From: Candidatus Nanohaloarchaea archaeon
Lineage (GTDB): Archaea; Nanohalarchaeota; Nanosalinia; Nanosalinales; Nanosalinaceae
Length of the DNA: 17,143 bases
Assembly: GCA_042218075.1 (NCBI GenBank)
Contig: JBDGRK010000001.1
Location: 1-17,143 of the forward strand
Reading direction: 5' to 3'
Below, one piece after another: positions 13,852 through 17,143 of this stretch (positions are counted from its first letter, which is position 1; each line of letters starts with the position of its first letter). The translations under genes were made by a program, and so were the position numbers. The notes under the pieces are model-generated. The model saw only the letters and a program-made list of their open reading frames with translations, was not told where the DNA came from and ran no database searches.

Positions 13852-14152
13852 TCTGATTCCCTTTTGTAGAGGTGGTGTTGGTCTGTGACCGGTTTCCAGT
13901 TGTGTCGGACTGGTTCTGCGTTGAACTGTTTACGTCTTCAGCCGGTTCAACGTTTTCAACGTTGGATGCTGTGTCGTCGCCCTGTCCCTGTCCAGGCAAT
14001 CGGATGTCTCCTGTCGTGTATGCATACCCGGCCGCGACTATAACTGCAAGCAGTAGAACGAATACCTGCTTCGAGTTCAGTTTCTGGACTGGTAGCCGGG
14101 CGACAAGGCTGCCGACTTTTTGACGTACCTGTTCTCGTCTTGTCATCATCAC
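13841..14152 (-). CDS. Single-pass membrane protein with N/S/T-rich tail (103 aa)
   Basis: Basic N-terminus, TM segment VFVLLLAVIVAAGYAY, and a tail with five N-x-S/T sequons. Confidence 0.8.
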   Translation of the reverse strand: MMMTRREQVRQKVGSLVARLPVQKLNSKQVFVLLLAVIVAAGYAYTTGDIRLPGQGQGDDTASNVENVEPAEDVNSSTQNQSDTTGNRSQTNTTSTKGNQSGG

Positions 14153-14168
14153 TGTTTTCCGACTACCC

Positions 14169-14179
14169 GGTTATAAAAT
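14169..14179 (-). promoter_or_regulatory. Putative TATA box for the two membrane-protein genes
   Basis: Minus-strand TTTTATAA at 14171-14178, about 19-32 nt upstream of the GTG-ATG-ATG start cluster. Confidence 0.55.
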
Positions 14180-14346
14180 TAGTTGACTTCGATACATCTA
14201 CTGAATCTGTTGATGTAATCATGGAAGCAGATAACCGGGTCAATTAACTGGATAAGCTGGCTCATTGTGAAACCTACGACAAGTCCCGCAACAAGAATCA
14301 ATATCAAAGCCTTTTTTCTTATTACGTATTTATTTTTTAGTTTCAC
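14179..14346 (-). CDS. Small membrane/secreted protein (55 aa)
   Basis: My translation: MKLKNKYVIRKKALILILVAGLVVGFTMSQLIQLIDPVICFHDYINRFSRCIEVN; GTGA overlap with the upstream stop. Confidence 0.68.
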   Translation of the reverse strand: MKLKNKYVIRKKALILILVAGLVVGFTMSQLIQLIDPVICFHDYINRFSRCIEVN

Positions 14347-14636
14347 TCAGGGTAGTCTCGTTCCGGTCCTGTATGGTCATATCCAGTGTTTTCAATAGTT
14401 TCTCCCTGCAAATCCGGTATCTCGGTTTCTTTTTCCTGATTTTCTATCCATTTCACAAAGTGTTTTTCCCATGTCCCATTCGAGACTTGGTGAGGGCTGA
14501 AAACTTTTCGCTGCTGTTTTCTTTCTCCGTTAACGTCAGCTTCTACTGTGATGGCAATTTTTTGCGGGTTTTCACGGTTTGGAATGTATTCTTGCTCCAC
14601 GACATTCATTTCGTGGTATCCGCGGTCGTTTTTCAT
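14343..14636 (-). CDS. Hypothetical protein (97 aa) following the tail gene
   Basis: AGGTGA RBS upstream; acidic. Its position would suit a tail accessory or chaperone, but that is unproven. Confidence 0.75.
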   Translation of the reverse strand: MKNDRGYHEMNVVEQEYIPNRENPQKIAITVEADVNGERKQQRKVFSPHQVSNGTWEKHFVKWIENQEKETEIPDLQGETIENTGYDHTGPERDYPE

Positions 14637-14648
14637 AGTATAATGTTT

Positions 14649-17108
14649 TCACCTGTCTGTTTTATCTTCTTGGGCTGTATCAACTGATAAAGTGTTTGCG
14701 TCATGTGGATGACTGTCTGTTTCCAGAGTTGAAGTTCCATCATCTGCATCATGGGGATGACTGTCTACATCTAATGTGGAGGATCCGGCATCTGCATCGT
14801 GTGGGTGACTGTCAACATCTAATGTGGAGGATCCGGCATCTGCATCATGGGGATGACTATCTACGTCCAGAGTTGAATCTGATGCATCTGCATCATGCGG
14901 ATGATTGTCAGCTCCAAGTGTATCGCTGGTATGACTGTGCGTCTGTTCAGCGAAAACCTCGACCGATCCATCCACTGAACCAACTTGGCCTGACAAAGCA
15001 TCTACAGTTACTGTATCAGAGGTAGAAAGATTGGGAAACCAGGGAATATTTCTGATAACTGAGTCATCATCAAATACTCGTATGCTTTCTTGTGCCACAA
15101 GATTTCCGCCTTGCTCTATACGGACAAGTACATGGCCGGTACCTGTTCCACTGCTGTCAAGAGTTAACTCGTAAACTCTTGCTGCTTCAGCTCTACCTGA
15201 ATAACTAAAACTTGTCAACTGTGTGAAAGAACCTGAAGACAAAGATACACTGGAAAAGCTTCCGGATCCTTCACTTGAAGCGATTCCTATTCCTTCTGAA
15301 GTAGTGCTGCCGCTGACAGTTGCAGTGTTCTCCCCTATCAGTCCGCCTGTACCCGGAGCGTTTTCACCTATTAATCCTCCGGTGCCAGGTGCATTCTCCC
15401 CTATCAGTCCGCCTGTGCCAGGAGCGTTTTCACCTATAAGTCCGGAATCCGCCGGGCTTTCACTGCTTGTTTGACCGGTTGCTCCAGTACTTGTATCTTG
15501 AAATGTGATGGATCTCTCCGCCCGTATATCATCAGTGAGATTGGTTTCGTTCTCATCCTGATTCTCGAATTCCATCTCCAGAATCGTCTTGTTCTCCGGG
15601 TAAAAATTAACCTGGCTCCAAGCCACGAACACCTCGCTGCTGATGTCTCTCGTCGAATCATTCAGAGTAAATGACGAGTTCGATACGTTATTCGTGTAGC
15701 GTCCAGGGACTTTAATCCGTCCTCCCTCAGTCGGGTTCTGACTGTCTCTAATTATATTTCGGGCAACTCTTTTCGCCTCTGTATCGCTGGAGACATATCC
15801 TTTTTTCACAGGATTTCCGCCTTTCGGAGTCTGCTTTCCGTACTTGTTAACGCTGGTGGAGTTCGTGAGTATGCCGGAGTCATATTTCGTCCCTGATTTG
15901 CTGTTCACGACTCTCGCCGTGTTGACAAGGTTGGCGACCGAAGTATCTCCGGCAGTCCACTCTTTCCAATTGCCTTGTGTGTTACTGGTATCTCCTTCAG
16001 CTGGAGAATCAATCGTGTCGATACTTGAACCGTATCCAACCGGCTCATAACGCAGTTCTTTATTCGCCTTCGCTTTTAAAACGTATCCGTAGTCGCGTAT
16101 CATTTCACGAAAACCGGCCGCTCTATCTACATTCGTTAAGCTCCAGTCATCAAGCGGGGCGAATCCTGACGTTGTCGTTCCCGTGCTGTCAATATAATCC
16201 ACGTTTGAACTTGAAGGCGTGTCAAGTGTGTAATCGCTCGGCGTCAGATTTGACATCGCATCCTTGATAGTTCCCGTAGTGGAGACGTTGACCTCCTGCA
16301 TTCCAAGATACTTGATGAAGTCAAACAACGTCAGTTTCAATACTCCTTGCTCCGTTATCTTTCCCTGGCTATCAGGCCAACCCCGGAAAATATTCTCCCA
16401 CGCCTCAAGATCTCCGTCCGCCGTGGAATCAGTCACGTCTTCAACCACTGCTATCGTCGTTTCATCATTATTCGAGTCATAAGTTACATCAGATGGATCC
16501 GCGACCTTGTAGATTCCGTCGTTTCCTGTGGATCCAATTACCTCGATGTGGCCGCCTTCCTCAAAATCGTTTGTCCGGTCGCCGGAGACAACAAACTCGT
16601 CGTTCGTGGTATCGACCCCGGTTATAGCGGTTTGAAATCTTCTTCCAGTCCAGAAGATCGCTGGCTCTCCAGCATAAATTTTTCCATCAGCAGTGGAATC
16701 CGTAACATCTTCATTTACTGTTATATCAGTTTCATTGTTTGTAGAATCATAAGAGACAGATGATACAGTATAATTTCCATCGTTTCCAGTGCTATTGTTT
16801 ACAGATATATCTTGATCCGAAGTAAAAAATTCGGTTTTATTACCAGATACGACAAATATATCGTTAGTAGTATTAACATCTTTTATACTAAAGGCAGGTC
16901 CGAAGTCGTTGTTTTCCTCCCTTGGAACGTTTTTGAACATATCGCCTTCCGCAATCAAACCGAGTTTGTCAATGCTGCGGTTCCGGGTCTTCCAACGTGC
17001 CTGTTTGATACTGTATGCATCGCTCGGAAGGTCTTCATCGTTCAATCCGGCGAGAACCTGGTTGTTGCTGTTACTGTCTTTATAATAAAGCCGCCACTGA
17101 TTTGTCAT
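14649..17108 (-). CDS. Probable tail/baseplate-hub protein with adhesin/fibre-like C-terminus (819 aa)
   Basis: S/T/D/N/G-rich beta-type composition. The middle resembles hub proteins (IFRG, LVNTARV, TSVNKYG, EAKRVARNII). It has a duplicated ~72-aa domain and C-terminal HxH repeats. Confidence 0.72.
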   Translation of the reverse strand: MTNQWRLYYKDSNSNNQVLAGLNDEDLPSDAYSIKQARWKTRNRSIDKLGLIAEGDMFKNVPREENNDFGPAFSIKDVNTTNDIFVVSGNKTEFFTSDQDISVNNSTGNDGNYTVSSVSYDSTNNETDITVNEDVTDSTADGKIYAGEPAIFWTGRRFQTAITGVDTTNDEFVVSGDRTNDFEEGGHIEVIGSTGNDGIYKVADPSDVTYDSNNDETTIAVVEDVTDSTADGDLEAWENIFRGWPDSQGKITEQGVLKLTLFDFIKYLGMQEVNVSTTGTIKDAMSNLTPSDYTLDTPSSSNVDYIDSTGTTTSGFAPLDDWSLTNVDRAAGFREMIRDYGYVLKAKANKELRYEPVGYGSSIDTIDSPAEGDTSNTQGNWKEWTAGDTSVANLVNTARVVNSKSGTKYDSGILTNSTSVNKYGKQTPKGGNPVKKGYVSSDTEAKRVARNIIRDSQNPTEGGRIKVPGRYTNNVSNSSFTLNDSTRDISSEVFVAWSQVNFYPENKTILEMEFENQDENETNLTDDIRAERSITFQDTSTGATGQTSSESPADSGLIGENAPGTGGLIGENAPGTGGLIGENAPGTGGLIGENTATVSGSTTSEGIGIASSEGSGSFSSVSLSSGSFTQLTSFSYSGRAEAARVYELTLDSSGTGTGHVLVRIEQGGNLVAQESIRVFDDDSVIRNIPWFPNLSTSDTVTVDALSGQVGSVDGSVEVFAEQTHSHTSDTLGADNHPHDADASDSTLDVDSHPHDADAGSSTLDVDSHPHDADAGSSTLDVDSHPHDADDGTSTLETDSHPHDANTLSVDTAQEDKTDR
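14703..14939 (-). repeat. 48-bp coding tandem repeat HPHDADxxxSTLxxDS (5 HPH units plus 1 HSH)
   Basis: HPH motifs recur exactly every 48 nt from 14903 to 14711. Confidence 0.95.
15327..15443 (-). repeat. 33-bp coding tandem repeat GLIGENAPGTG (3 full units plus 1 partial)
   Basis: Seen directly in DNA and protein; synonymous codons alternate in an ABAB pattern. Confidence 0.95.
16407..16892 (-). repeat. Internally duplicated ~72-aa domain (16677-16892 and 16407-16631)
   Basis: Both copies share TTND.FVVSG..T..F, STGNDG.Y.V, YDS.N.ET.I.V.EDVTDSTADG. Confidence 0.9.
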
Positions 17109-17143
17109 ATAACCTGACCTACCTTAAGCCTTATCTGCGCCTT
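17105..17143 (-). CDS. 3' end of an upstream gene (…KAQIRLKVGQVI*), truncated by the window
   Basis: Open frame to the edge whose TGA overlaps the ATG of the 819-aa gene. Confidence 0.5.
   Translation of the reverse strand, partial: KAQIRLKVGQVI

Larger units (their letters stand above)
1..17143 (-). mobile_element. Segment of a head-tail virus (or provirus) of a halophilic archaeon
   Basis: Terminase, portal/MuF, prohead protease and a tail-like gene are co-oriented. Proteins are D/E-rich and promoters are archaeal TATA-type. No cellular housekeeping genes are seen. Confidence 0.93.

Noticed and set aside
14703-15443. Tandem repeats as a CRISPR array or DGR template/variable repeats
   Set aside because: The units are in-frame multiples of 3 with mostly synonymous variation and no unique spacers. 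There is no adenine-specific pattern and no cas or reverse transcriptase gene.
94-16763. The many plus-strand ORFs of the track, and short alternative-frame minus ORFs such as 94-348, 2146-2370, 7235-7423, 9912-10097 and 15434-15661
   Set aside because: They are shadows of well-supported minus-strand genes, with atypical S/F/L-rich composition and no motifs.

Overview
A 17 kb segment of a tailed dsDNA virus (Caudoviricetes, HK97-type head) or provirus of a halophilic archaeon. The evidence is a very acidic proteome, TATA-box promoters, GGAGGTGA-type ribosome-binding sites and CxxCG microproteins. The moderate GC (mid-40s % by eye) points to a low-GC halophile such as a nanohaloarchaeon or Haloquadratum, which is an inference. 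Almost everything is on the minus strand. In transcription order (right to left): the end of the tail module (an 819-aa tail/baseplate protein with three kinds of internal repeat); three membrane proteins; a short regulator operon with paired operators; an AT-rich divergent control region with the only plus-strand genes; a candidate structured ncRNA; about 4 kb of tightly coupled micro-ORFs, many of them zinc fingers missed by the ORF track; then the small and large terminase, a portal-MuF-HTH fusion and an HK97-type prohead protease that runs off the left edge. No polymerase, primase, helicase or complete integrase is recognisable between the tail and terminase genes. All family assignments come from motif recognition by eye, not database searches.
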